A DNA stretch of 62,430 nucleotides, counting the filler, from an uncultured Myxococcia bacterium (lineage in GTDB: Bacteria > CAZTWC01): assembly GCA_964617105.1 (NCBI GenBank). It is 8 parts of 8 records of this genome, joined end to end, with 100 filler letters (N's around TTAATTAATTAA, not from the genome) between each part and the next. Parts side by side here need not be neighbours in the genome. Positions count along the whole stretch, not along the records: positions 47,313 to 54,826 come from CAZTWC010000177.1; positions 54,927 to 62,430 come from CAZTWC010000178.1; 6 more parts are not named here. One strand, written 5' to 3'. The notes under the pieces are model-generated. The model was not told where the DNA came from, did no database searches, and was given only the letters and a program-made list of their open reading frames with translations. How positions within the stretch are numbered: position 1 is the stretch's first letter; each line of letters opens with the position of its first letter. This document shows, one piece after another, positions 50,700-60,509 of this stretch. Position numbers and translations under genes: made by a program.

Positions 50700-52334
50700 A
50701 TGAACAGTCTAAAAATTAATATATTTTTCCTGACAATTATTCTTTTGCTTTCTGGTTGTGGTGGAGGAACAACTACCACGACAACTACCTCGACCAGTCC
50801 GACGTCGGTTAGCACGACCACTTCGACTTCTTCCTCTTCGACTACGCTCGGAACGAGTACAACAACCACTAGTACAACAACTACCAGCACAGTCCCTACA
50901 GGAGAAGTCATTTACGGCTATGTTTTTCAATCTGGGGGAACAGTCGAGGTTGTGGATAACCCGAGCAATGCGAGTGCGGGCATGGCGGTTGGTTCGGGTG
51001 TTGCTGTGAAAGTGCTCGATATAACTGGGGAAGTTGTTGCCACCGCTACAACAGATGTCACGGGTCTTTTCCAGATCACGAACTTTTCCAGTGGCTATCT
51101 TAGCGTGCAGGTTAGGCTTGATCCTTCGAGCCTAAATCCGGATGAGACAATCAATCTTACGGCGATTCCCAACGCAACCCTGGTGCTTGGCAAATCTTAT
51201 ACGATTAGCCGCGAAGCCGCAACGGCTCTGGCCTTGAGCGGCGTATCAAGCGAAGCATTGGTTGCTGGGACACTGACCCCACTTCCTGCTGGGGTGGTGA
51301 TCAAGCGACCATCTGGAACAGATGAAGTTACAGGTTTACGTGCTTATGAAACAGTCCGTACCCTGTCTGAAGCGGAATGGTTTTACTTTGTGGACCTCTT
51401 CCCAGATGCTCTTTATGCTCATCCTGTCCAATATGTCTTTGTAAGTGCCCAAACCGGGGATGTAACGCGGCTGACGGATTATAAGTGGCCGCCACGCGTC
51501 AATGATTTTGCATTATGGTCCAGACCAAGTCGTCAGCTCTTCACTTATAATGGAATTAATCTATATGATCTGGATTTTGATGATCTTCCTTCCAGTTGGA
51601 CGGCTACGGAAATATCCGAAGTTGTGCAATTGCCGCAATCCTTTATCAATTCTGCAGAAAGCTCTTCGGTTGCATCCAGTGTTTCACCCTATGGTACTTG
51701 CTCTGAGGATCACCGTATTTATGTTGTTTTACTCAAGGTTTCAGAGGATGACGGGCTTCTCTGGGATGTCAACGAGATGTGGGATTTCTTTTCGCCAGAT
51801 GTTGAAACTGGGGACATGGCTAGTGTTGATACAACGATACAAGGTGTTACCGGCTATACCAGTCAGATAAATGCCTTTAACCAGACTATTTCCGACCGAC
51901 TCGATAGTGGCCTGCATTCCACCCTTATTCTTTTTATTACCGGGCATGGGATGGATGATGTCATTGCCTGGGATGTTGTTACGCCAGATGGTGGGCAGAC
52001 TTTTGTACCGGGTCAGCTTGGTTTGCAGACCACTAGGGCTTGTCGGGTTCGAGTTATTATCAATTCTTGTTATGCGGAAAAGATGGCTGATAACCTTGAG
52101 GCTATTTTATCGAATGCTGGGATAAGTGATTACTGCATTTACGCTTCTAGTTTAAGTTCACAATATTCGGCATTATATAATCCCTGGAAATTTTTCGCCC
52201 GCACAGGGTCTCCCTTTGTACATAAATTTATGAGTGTAGCTAACATTGTTGATGGCGATATTACTGGGGCAACCGAGGGCAACCTGGCCCTGGATACCCT
52301 TTTTCCCCAGACCCCAAACATCCATCCCGATTAA
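50700..52334 (+). CDS. Lipoprotein with Thr/Ser stalk and C-terminal caspase/legumain-fold (clan CD) peptidase-like domain
   Basis: Likely start ATG 50700, LSGC lipobox, poly-T/S linker; LILFITGHG and VIINSCYA His/Cys dyad motifs. Confidence 0.65.
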   Translation: MNSLKINIFFLTIILLLSGCGGGTTTTTTTSTSPTSVSTTTSTSSSSTTLGTSTTTTSTTTTSTVPTGEVIYGYVFQSGGTVEVVDNPSNASAGMAVGSGVAVKVLDITGEVVATATTDVTGLFQITNFSSGYLSVQVRLDPSSLNPDETINLTAIPNATLVLGKSYTISREAATALALSGVSSEALVAGTLTPLPAGVVIKRPSGTDEVTGLRAYETVRTLSEAEWFYFVDLFPDALYAHPVQYVFVSAQTGDVTRLTDYKWPPRVNDFALWSRPSRQLFTYNGINLYDLDFDDLPSSWTATEISEVVQLPQSFINSAESSSVASSVSPYGTCSEDHRIYVVLLKVSEDDGLLWDVNEMWDFFSPDVETGDMASVDTTIQGVTGYTSQINAFNQTISDRLDSGLHSTLILFITGHGMDDVIAWDVVTPDGGQTFVPGQLGLQTTRACRVRVIINSCYAEKMADNLEAILSNAGISDYCIYASSLSSQYSALYNPWKFFARTGSPFVHKFMSVANIVDGDITGATEGNLALDTLFPQTPNIHPD

Positions 52335-52380
52335 ACTGAAATTTCCCCATAAAAGCAACGAAAAAGAAGTGGAGTATGCT

Positions 52381-53472
52381 ATGTCAATTCTAGCTAGAGC
52401 TAAAACAAAATTATTGGGGAGTATTCCACTGGTGCCGCGTACGGTGCATCAACGGCGCTATACCCGTCCACTTCCTACGCAATTGGAAGCTTCGGAAATA
52501 CCTAAGACTTCGGTAATTATTCCCACACGTAATCGACCAGATGAGCTTGAGCATTGTATTGATTCAATCTTGCGGCAGACGGTTCTGCCGGATGAGGTTC
52601 TGGTGGTTGATGATGGTAATCTCCCATCTTTAGAATATGATGTTCTATTTGCTGGGTCGGGAATTGATTTTCGCTATGTCAAAAAAACCGAGCCGGGAAT
52701 TGCGGCGTCAAGAAATATGGGGGTGGGGTTGGCCAAAGGAGAAATTATATTTTTTGTAGATGATGACGTGGTATTGGAACCAGCTTATATAGAAGAAACG
52801 CTTAGGGTTTTTATGTCAGACCCAGAAAAAGAGGTTGGAGGAGTGGATGGGCATTATGTTAATAAATTCGAGCGAAAGGGAACAGAAAAATTGGCCAGAG
52901 CTATTTTTGGATTGTATCTCGATAGGTTTGAGGGAGTGGTGCTCCCTAACGGTTACAGCCGTAAAACTAATAGTTTTGATTTTCCGGTTGTTACTCAATT
53001 CTTTTGGGGTATAGCGGCGTTTAGAAGAGAGGTTTTTCATACTCATTCCTTATATTTTGATGAGGCCAATTATCCAGGATACTCTCAGGGAGAAGACTCG
53101 GAATTTGCCTATCGGGTTTCAGCAGCATTTAAACTGGTTTACACTCCTTTTGCTCGTTTCCGGCATGAAGTGGGTGATGGTGGCCGACCAAAGTCCTTCA
53201 GAAGGGGAGTGCAGCAGATTCATTGTGCTTATAAGAACTTAGCATTAAATAACGAATTAGGCTTACTTAATTACTTATTAATGGGTTGGTTTTTTACTGG
53301 TTTACAATCGCTCGCATTTTATAAGTTAGTTAAACCTTCCGCCAATAGAAGGAGAGCATTCTGGAGGTTAGCTGGCCATACTGCTGGAATTGCTTCCATT
53401 CCTTTTTCAATTCCTTCAAGAAATGGTTTTGGGTCTGCTTTTGCACAGTGGCTTTCAGAGGTGGAGGAATAA
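52381..53472 (+). CDS. Family 2 glycosyltransferase
   Basis: SVIIPTRNR, VVDDG, SRNMG, FVDDD and GEDSEF; probable start ATG 52381. Confidence 0.88.
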   Translation: MSILARAKTKLLGSIPLVPRTVHQRRYTRPLPTQLEASEIPKTSVIIPTRNRPDELEHCIDSILRQTVLPDEVLVVDDGNLPSLEYDVLFAGSGIDFRYVKKTEPGIAASRNMGVGLAKGEIIFFVDDDVVLEPAYIEETLRVFMSDPEKEVGGVDGHYVNKFERKGTEKLARAIFGLYLDRFEGVVLPNGYSRKTNSFDFPVVTQFFWGIAAFRREVFHTHSLYFDEANYPGYSQGEDSEFAYRVSAAFKLVYTPFARFRHEVGDGGRPKSFRRGVQQIHCAYKNLALNNELGLLNYLLMGWFFTGLQSLAFYKLVKPSANRRRAFWRLAGHTAGIASIPFSIPSRNGFGSAFAQWLSEVEE

Positions 53473-53475
53473 ATT

Positions 53476-54354
53476 ATGCCGGTAGAGATAAGAGCAACAA
53501 CTCCTTATCAACCACGCTATCCAGTTGTAGATGTGCATGGCCATGGCTATAAGGATCCTAGAAGGTTCCAGGAAGTAGCGGCGATATATTCTATTCCTCT
53601 TTATGGGCCAGGTGGAATAGGGGATGCATGGGTTGCCATGCAGCGAACTGGAACTACCAAGCAAGTCATCAAAAACTTTGCTAAAGGTCCAGGGGTGGTA
53701 AGAGCGGCAAACAACTTTGCCATTGAGGTTGCGCGTGAACATCGTGGCCATTTGTTTCCGACCGGAACGATTCATCCCGCCTATGCTAGAAATGCCGAGG
53801 AGGTTGAGCGTTTAGCTGAAGCTGGGGTTTTAGGAATTGGCTTTGATTCTTGTTGGCAAGGCTTTGAGATAGATGATCCTCGCCTTAGCGAAGCGTATCG
53901 CCGAATATCTAGATACGGGATGTTCATTTTAACCCATACTGGGGTTGATCTAGGTGCGCCGCACAGTTCTACCATGACTTGGGCGAAGAATGTTCTGGCA
54001 GTAAAAGACATGGCCCCGGATTCAACAATTATTGCCGCACACTTGGGCGCGAATATGGCGTTTGAGCGAGCTAGGGAATATATTGGTTCTGCTGGGATTT
54101 TGTTTGACCTTGCTTGGGTTATGGAAATGTGTTTTAACACAAAACTTACTACGGAAGATCAAATACTCGAGATTATTGGTTATTTGGGAGCAGATAGCAT
54201 TGTCTATGGATCGGATTACCCCTGGGCAGACCCAGGAGCGCAACTAAAGTTTTGGGAAGAGTTTTTTCCAGATGAGGTCTGGAGAAAAATATCACATGAG
54301 AATGCGATAAGGGAACTGGGCTTTGAAATGGAAATTGAACCGGGAAAAGGGTAA
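53476..54354 (+). CDS. Amidohydrolase family 2 metal-dependent hydrolase
   Basis: DVHGH, HTG, AAHLG and YGSDYPW. Confidence 0.85.
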   Translation: MPVEIRATTPYQPRYPVVDVHGHGYKDPRRFQEVAAIYSIPLYGPGGIGDAWVAMQRTGTTKQVIKNFAKGPGVVRAANNFAIEVAREHRGHLFPTGTIHPAYARNAEEVERLAEAGVLGIGFDSCWQGFEIDDPRLSEAYRRISRYGMFILTHTGVDLGAPHSSTMTWAKNVLAVKDMAPDSTIIAAHLGANMAFERAREYIGSAGILFDLAWVMEMCFNTKLTTEDQILEIIGYLGADSIVYGSDYPWADPGAQLKFWEEFFPDEVWRKISHENAIRELGFEMEIEPGKG

Positions 54355-54357
54355 ATC

Positions 54358-54826
54358 ATGGCGACTAATTTTTCAACAATAGGTTGGTTAACTGGGCACT
54401 GTTCGAGACGTGGCATCAGAGCCGTAGGGGTAGGGGTTCACCGAACTGGTGGCGGTCTATCCCGGGCAGAGTTGATAAATAATGTTGGGCAGGAATTGGC
54501 TTCTCGCCTTTCGTTGCCACAGCCCATGGTACTGGAATTGCAGCACAAGGATGAAGAAATGGCGCGACGCATGATTGGGATCAGAGTAAGAGATTTTACT
54601 GATCTGGCAGAGTGTTTGCCCGAAGACGAGGAGTTTATGGTTCAATGTATGACGAGGGCCGTCGGACATTTTGACCAGGCTCTTTTTGAACATCAGGGTC
54701 GGGTGGCAAATTTGGCAGCGCGGGTTGGTGGGGAGTTGGGGAGTCAAGGGGTTTGGTGGTTGGATCTTTTATACGCTGGCATGTTGCACGATTTTGGTAA
54801 ACTTGGTTTTCCCATAGAAGTTATAA
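54358..54826 (+). CDS. HD-domain (HD-GYP-like) protein, truncated by contig end
   Basis: EHQGRVA.LA and AGMLHDFGKLG.P. Confidence 0.75.
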
Positions 54827-54926
54827 NNNNNNNNNNNNNNNNNNNNNNNNNNNNNNNNNNNNNNNNNNNNTTAATTAATTAANNNNNNNNNNNNNNNNNN
54901 NNNNNNNNNNNNNNNNNNNNNNNNNN
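54827..54926. other. Artificial contig linker
   Basis: 44 N + TTAATTAATTAA + 44 N. Confidence 0.98.
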
Positions 54927-54951
54927 GAATTGAATTTTTGGGGAGGTAATA

Positions 54952-55995
54952 ATGAATAAAATAAATTTTAGGGTGTTTGTATTGGTTTTAACTATTACCT
55001 TTATGTTTATTTTAGGCTGTGGAGATGATAAGTCCAAGGAAAAGGGGACAGGGAATGAAATGCCAGGCGGAAACACTGGACAAGGTTCACAAGGTGGAAT
55101 TACTGGAGACGATAAGACCCAGGAGGAAATACCCCAGGTGTGGATTACCGATAAAGAGGGAAAAAATCTGGAAACCTATAGGGATGATGACCATGGTGAT
55201 TACGATACCACCAATTATCCCAACAAATTTCTCAGCGATGATACCGTTGGCAACAACAACGGCCAGATAAAAAAAATAAACTGTTATGCCAAGGGCCGGA
55301 AGACCTCCTATTGGTTTATCAGTTCTGTGGATGACCAATTGAATCCTTTGGAGAAAAACTACAATACCAATAAAATTTATATTTTTCCTGGTGACCAAAA
55401 GGAGTTTCAGAAAGCGATTGTAAATATTGCCGCTGATTCTGCTAACTATACTCCACTTTTTCAGGTGATCAATGTGCGGGTTCCGAAAAACTACAAAAAA
55501 GATGCGATTAAAAGCGAGGAGACCTTGCTCAAAGCGGCTAATGGTAAGGAAAGCGGCATAGAGTTGGTGACCCGTGACCAGGTATTTCTTATCGATTTGA
55601 TGGATATGACCATGACTTTAGAAGGTAGTAATGCTGCATCACCCAAACAGGTGACTTTTTGGTATAATGGCTCTCAGGTTTACGGATATAAATTCCCCGG
55701 ACCCCGGGAAGATGGAGGCCTGGTGTTAAACAGCAAGGCGGGCACAGCCAAATCGATATTTTTAGGCAGTTTTTATCATTTTACTCAAAAAGGCCAGGAC
55801 GTATTAAATCAAAATCTTTTCAACGATATTTTGGATGGAAAAGACTATTCACCAGTTGTAACCAGACATTATGTTGAATTGGATGATGTCAACGGTTCTG
55901 TGGCTGAGATTCCCACTGATACCGCTAAATTGAAACAAAAATGGTTGGATAATGCCCAGAAAGATCTGGATCTGATTTTACCTCAGGTCAAATAA
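54952..55995 (+). CDS. Hypothetical lipoprotein (347 aa)
   Basis: ILGC lipobox, GGAGG RBS, Gly-rich linker, two Y(T/S)P-containing half-domains. Confidence 0.7.
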   Translation: MNKINFRVFVLVLTITFMFILGCGDDKSKEKGTGNEMPGGNTGQGSQGGITGDDKTQEEIPQVWITDKEGKNLETYRDDDHGDYDTTNYPNKFLSDDTVGNNNGQIKKINCYAKGRKTSYWFISSVDDQLNPLEKNYNTNKIYIFPGDQKEFQKAIVNIAADSANYTPLFQVINVRVPKNYKKDAIKSEETLLKAANGKESGIELVTRDQVFLIDLMDMTMTLEGSNAASPKQVTFWYNGSQVYGYKFPGPREDGGLVLNSKAGTAKSIFLGSFYHFTQKGQDVLNQNLFNDILDGKDYSPVVTRHYVELDDVNGSVAEIPTDTAKLKQKWLDNAQKDLDLILPQVK

Positions 55996-55998
55996 ACT

Positions 55999-56868
55999 AT
56001 GAATATGACTGACAACCTTCTTTTATTGTATCTTAATTTAATAAAAGAAAATATAAATAGCCGCCTGATTGGTAAAATGGCAGATTCTCAACTGCCCAGA
56101 CCCTTGTTAGAGCAAGTTATCAAGGCCTATTGCTACTGCTATAACATCGATTTGACCCAGGTTGATACCAGTAGACCCTTTACCACCTTTAATCAGTTTT
56201 TTAGCCGTTCCTTAAAAAAGGGGGTTAGGGAGATAACAGCAGGTAAAAACGCTGTGATTGCTCCGGTAGATAGCCGAATTATAGAGATAGCTGAAATAAG
56301 GGCAGATAGAACATTTAAAGTTAAAAATTCCCTTTACCAATTATCCTCTCTGATTGGGGAAGACTATCCAGGTGCCGGAGAAATATTTCCTTCTGCTCAA
56401 TCTTTCTGCGGAGGCCAGGCTATCACTTTTTATCTCAGCCCGGCTGATTACCATCGTATCCACATGCCCCTAAATGGACAAATATCTGGTTTTAATTACC
56501 TTCCCGGAAAATTTTACCCGGTTAACTCCAGGGCTATGCGATTGGTAACCAATCTTTTTATAAAAAATGAGAGATTGATTTCCTGGATAACCACTACTTC
56601 CGGGGCCAAAGTGGCAATGATAAAAGTGGGCGCCTGTTGCGTGGGGCGGATAAAGATTTTTTACAGCCAGTATCTTGAAGAGAGAGGCTATGGAGCGATT
56701 TGTTCAAAATTGCTGGCTAAAGCGGTAAAATTGAACAGGGGAGACTGTCTGGGCACATTTGAGATGGGGTCCACAGTTATTCTTTTGTTTCCCCCCGGTT
56801 TTTTAAAAAAGGTGTTGGTGAAGCCGGGTGAAAAAGTGCAAATGGGCCAAAGCATTGCAATTTTATGA
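55999..56868 (+). CDS. psd: Phosphatidylserine decarboxylase proenzyme
   Basis: FNQFFSR.LK, YLSPADYHRIHMP, NER, VGA..VG.I and the FEMGSTV self-cleavage site. Confidence 0.92.
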   Translation: MNMTDNLLLLYLNLIKENINSRLIGKMADSQLPRPLLEQVIKAYCYCYNIDLTQVDTSRPFTTFNQFFSRSLKKGVREITAGKNAVIAPVDSRIIEIAEIRADRTFKVKNSLYQLSSLIGEDYPGAGEIFPSAQSFCGGQAITFYLSPADYHRIHMPLNGQISGFNYLPGKFYPVNSRAMRLVTNLFIKNERLISWITTTSGAKVAMIKVGACCVGRIKIFYSQYLEERGYGAICSKLLAKAVKLNRGDCLGTFEMGSTVILLFPPGFLKKVLVKPGEKVQMGQSIAIL

Positions 56869-57341
56869 ATAGAGCGCATACAGAAATTTTCTCTTGCTGC
56901 AAAGGGTTGCAAAACTCGGTTATAATTCGATTTGTATGCTTCGTTCTATTTTTTTTCTTTGCCTGTGGACCGGATGAGATCAATAATTCCCCTATTTTAG
57001 AGGGATTTAGTTTTTTGGGGCAGGATTATTCTAATTGTTACCTGCTCTATTTTTCGGTAAAATTTAAAGATTCAGATGGCGATCTGGGTTTTGGCAAGGT
57101 AATTCCGGTGGTAAACGGAGAAATTATCGATGACCAGGGGGTGGATGCTCAGAAAGTATTTTTAGAAAGTTCGGTAGAAAAAGAGGCCAATGAGGGCACT
57201 TTGTTTTTTCGTCTGGACTTTACCGGCAGTAAAAGCGATTTTAAGGAAAATCGGGTAATCGAGTTGGGAATAATGGCAAAAGATGCTGCTAACCATTGGA
57301 GTAATATCCCCAGAATTGTTCTTAGGATTAAAACCAGGTAA
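56865..57341 (+). CDS. Hypothetical lipoprotein
   Basis: FFAC lipobox-like, DSDGDLG motif; start overlaps the psd stop. Confidence 0.55.
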   Translation: MNRAHTEIFSCCKGLQNSVIIRFVCFVLFFFFACGPDEINNSPILEGFSFLGQDYSNCYLLYFSVKFKDSDGDLGFGKVIPVVNGEIIDDQGVDAQKVFLESSVEKEANEGTLFFRLDFTGSKSDFKENRVIELGIMAKDAANHWSNIPRIVLRIKTR

Positions 57342-57366
57342 GAAAATCGATACAAGAGAGGCCAAG

Positions 57367-57768
57367 ATGGACAGAGAAGAGATGGAACAAGAAAAAGAGT
57401 TTGAAAGTTTTTTAAAGGGGAAGGTTCCAGACTTTGTTAAAAAGGTGTTTTTTGCCGGAGTAGGGGCCTTCTTTATGACCGAAGAAGGGGTACGCAATAC
57501 TCTGAGCGAGTTGAAATTACCCAAGGAGATCATCTATTCTTTTATTCAACAGACCAGTAACACCAGGAAAGAATTGTTAAAATTGGTAACCGGTGAATTG
57601 AGGAGTTATCTCTCGACGGTGAATGTTCATGGAGAACTACAAAAGATTTTAACTGGTTTGAATGTTGAGATTAAGGCCCAGGTTAAATTTATACCTAATC
57701 AGGAAAATGGTACAGCCAAAATAGAGAGCGTGGTGGAGGATTTGTCAATAAACAAGGTGAAAACCTGA
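57367..57768 (+). CDS. Conserved hypothetical protein (phasin-like N-terminal helix)
   Basis: VKK.FFAGVGAFFMTEEGVR...LKLPKE; ATG 57367 after GAGG. Confidence 0.6.
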   Translation: MDREEMEQEKEFESFLKGKVPDFVKKVFFAGVGAFFMTEEGVRNTLSELKLPKEIIYSFIQQTSNTRKELLKLVTGELRSYLSTVNVHGELQKILTGLNVEIKAQVKFIPNQENGTAKIESVVEDLSINKVKT

Positions 57769-57789
57769 TTCAAGGAGAAATGTATAATT

Positions 57790-58196
57790 ATGTATACCGA
57801 AAAAGTGATGGAACATTTCACCAATCCCAGGAATGTTGGTGAAATGGACGATGCTGATGGAATTGGAGAGGTCGGTAATCCGGCCTGTGGCGATATTATG
57901 AAGATCTCCATCAAAGTGGAAGATGGTAAAATATCTGATATCAAGTTCAGAACTTTTGGGTGCGGCGCCGCTATTGCTACTAGTTCAATATTAACTGTGA
58001 TGGCCAAGGGGAAGACTCTGGATGAGGCTTCAAACATCACCAACAAGATGGTGGCCGAAGCTCTTGGCGGTTTGCCGCCCATAANNNNNNNNNNNNNNNN
58101 NNNNNNNNNNNNNNNNNNNNNNNGCATTGCTCCAATCTGGCTGCCGATGGCTTAAAAAAAGCGATTGAAGATTATCGGGCCCAAGGGAACAAATAA
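57790..58196 (+). CDS. iscU: Fe-S cluster scaffold IscU/NifU (internal N gap)
   Basis: YTEKVMEHF.NPRN, GNPACGD, FGCGAAIA and LGGLPP; after the gap HCSNLAADGLKKAIEDY...* (stop at 58196). Confidence 0.92.
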
Positions 58197-59555
58197 TTGC
58201 CCGTTGTTTGTGCCAAAATAGCCACTGTCACTCTGGGATGCAAAGTGAATCAGGTGGATACCGCTATCCTGCTGGATAACCTGGCGCTCTTGGCCAGGGA
58301 TTACGATATTGATGTGGAGAGGGTTGGGGAAAAGGAAGAGGCGGATATTTATCTGGTAAATACCTGCTCGGTAACCGCTAGCACCGATAGCCAATGCCGC
58401 AAAACCATAAGTAAATTACACCGTTTAAACCCCAAAGGGAAAATTATAGTCACCGGGTGTTATTGTTTTCATGGCCGGGAGAAATTGGCCTCCATTCCCG
58501 GGGTTTCAGCGGTGGTGACAAATCGAGATAAGGATCTGCTCCCCTATTTTTGTATCCAGGCCATCTTGCCGGAGCACGAGAAAAAGGAATCTTTAGAGAA
58601 AAATAAGTCCGGAAAATATTTTCAGCGCGCTGTTGGCGGTATTTTAACTGCAGGTCATACTCGTCCCTTTATAAAAGTTCAGGATGGGTGCGATTCTTTT
58701 TGCAGTTATTGCATTGTTCCCCTGACCCGGGGACCGTGCAGGAGTGTTTCTTCAATCCAGGTATTAGAACAGATAGAAAAATTGAAATCCTACCATGAAT
58801 TGGTATTAACCGGGATTCACCTTGGTAAATACGGGATTGATCTGCCAGAACCGATTGACCTGGCGGATTTACTACAAATGATTTGCCTCCAGGGAAAATG
58901 TAAACGGCTCCGTCTTAGTTCTATTGAACCAAACGAATTTGATACCCACCTACTGGATTTGATATCGGGTAACCCTGTGATTTGTCGTCACCTGCATATT
59001 CCACTCCAGAGTGGTGATGACAATATCTTGACCGCCATGAATCGCCAGTATACTGTTTCTACTTTTATAAATGTAATAGAAAAAATAATGGCTCTAATGC
59101 CCGACTTGAATCTTGGCCTTGATGTGATGGTGGGTTTTCCCGGAGAGGGGGAGAGAGAATTTAATAATACGGTGAAACTGCTGGAACAAATACCCTTTTG
59201 TTATCTTCATGTCTTTCCCTTTTCTCCCAGACCCGGGACTCGAGCCGCCAGGTTTACCGCTCAAGTCGACCCCAAAGAGAAAAAACGGCGAAGCAATATA
59301 TTACTAACACTGGGGGAAAAAAAGTATAAAGCGTTTTTAGAACGGCAAAGAGGTATTTCCGAGGAGATTCTTCTGGAAGGGACCGATAAGAGCGGTAAAT
59401 ATTATCAGGGATTCAGCCGCCGTTATATTAAATCCCTGGTGCCACGAGATAAACTTTTATTTCTGGATAAACTCGGAGAGTACGGAACTATAGTTAAAGG
59501 ACGATTTGAAAGGTTTACTAAATCGGGTATGGTGGTGGATTCTGCAACGCAGTGA
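58197..59555 (+). CDS. mtaB: tRNA t6A37 methylthiotransferase MtaB
   Basis: TLGCKVNQ, NTCSVT, VTGCY, KVQDGCDSFCSYC, RLSSIEP and HVFPFSPRPGT. Confidence 0.92.
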   Translation: MPVVCAKIATVTLGCKVNQVDTAILLDNLALLARDYDIDVERVGEKEEADIYLVNTCSVTASTDSQCRKTISKLHRLNPKGKIIVTGCYCFHGREKLASIPGVSAVVTNRDKDLLPYFCIQAILPEHEKKESLEKNKSGKYFQRAVGGILTAGHTRPFIKVQDGCDSFCSYCIVPLTRGPCRSVSSIQVLEQIEKLKSYHELVLTGIHLGKYGIDLPEPIDLADLLQMICLQGKCKRLRLSSIEPNEFDTHLLDLISGNPVICRHLHIPLQSGDDNILTAMNRQYTVSTFINVIEKIMALMPDLNLGLDVMVGFPGEGEREFNNTVKLLEQIPFCYLHVFPFSPRPGTRAARFTAQVDPKEKKRRSNILLTLGEKKYKAFLERQRGISEEILLEGTDKSGKYYQGFSRRYIKSLVPRDKLLFLDKLGEYGTIVKGRFERFTKSGMVVDSATQ

Positions 59556-59612
59556 CTTCTCGGTTAGGGTTTTCGGGTAGAATTGACTCCAAAAATACTT
59601 GATAGATAAGGT

Positions 59613-60323
59613 TTGAACATGATGGAACAATTGGAAAATAGATTACATTATCAGTTTAATGACATATCTCTGCTGAAAACTGCGATGACTCACAAATCCT
59701 ATTCCAATGAGCAGGGACTTCCTTTTACCAGTAGTAACGGAAGGTTGGAGTTTTTAGGAGATGCTGTGCTGGACTTAGTGATTAGCGACTTATTGATGAC
59801 CAGATATCCCAATTTTTCAGAAGGACAGTTGACAAAATGCCGGGCTGCGGTGGTAAACGAGAAAGTGTTAAGCAAGGTGGCCAGGCAAATTCAAATAAGC
59901 AATTTTATTAACCTGGGCAGGGGTGAAGATGCCAGCGGAGGGCGCCAAAAAGATTCTATACTTGCTGATACGTTTGAGGCTATTATCGGTGCTATGTACC
60001 AGGATTCCGGATTAGAGCCGGTAAAGATAAGTGTGGTTTCATATCTTATTAAGGACATAGAAGAGTTGGTAAATGGTTCCTGGTTTAAAGATTACAAAAC
60101 TCAACTGCAGGAACTTATTCAAGCGAAAATTAAACTGGCTCCTACCTATAGAATTGTCAATGAATCTGGTCTTGATCACCAGAAAACGTTTACCGCGGAA
60201 ATCTTATTAGGTGATAAACTTTTGACCACAGGTAATGGAAAAAGCAAAAAGGAGGCGGAGCAAGATGCTGCCCGCAGAGTTCTGGTCGATGTGGATCAGG
60301 TTTTCCTTTCGTTGAAAAAATAA
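59613..60323 (+). CDS. rnc: Ribonuclease III
   Basis: RLEFLGDAVL, ADTFEAIIGA, DYKTQLQE and KKEAEQ.AA. Confidence 0.95.
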   Translation: MNMMEQLENRLHYQFNDISLLKTAMTHKSYSNEQGLPFTSSNGRLEFLGDAVLDLVISDLLMTRYPNFSEGQLTKCRAAVVNEKVLSKVARQIQISNFINLGRGEDASGGRQKDSILADTFEAIIGAMYQDSGLEPVKISVVSYLIKDIEELVNGSWFKDYKTQLQELIQAKIKLAPTYRIVNESGLDHQKTFTAEILLGDKLLTTGNGKSKKEAEQDAARRVLVDVDQVFLSLKK

Positions 60324-60509
60324 TTATTTTCTTTTTATTTCTAATTTTTTGTGTTATTTATCCTAAATATTTGTTTTTTAGAATGAAATGAATTCCAGGG
60401 ATTTCAATTCAGGGTTGACGGTATTGTTCAAAATAGATAATAAAAAGTCGATAAAAAGATGTAAGTGTTTTGTGCGAGCCTAAAAAATAATATTTTATGG
60501 AGGTTTAAA

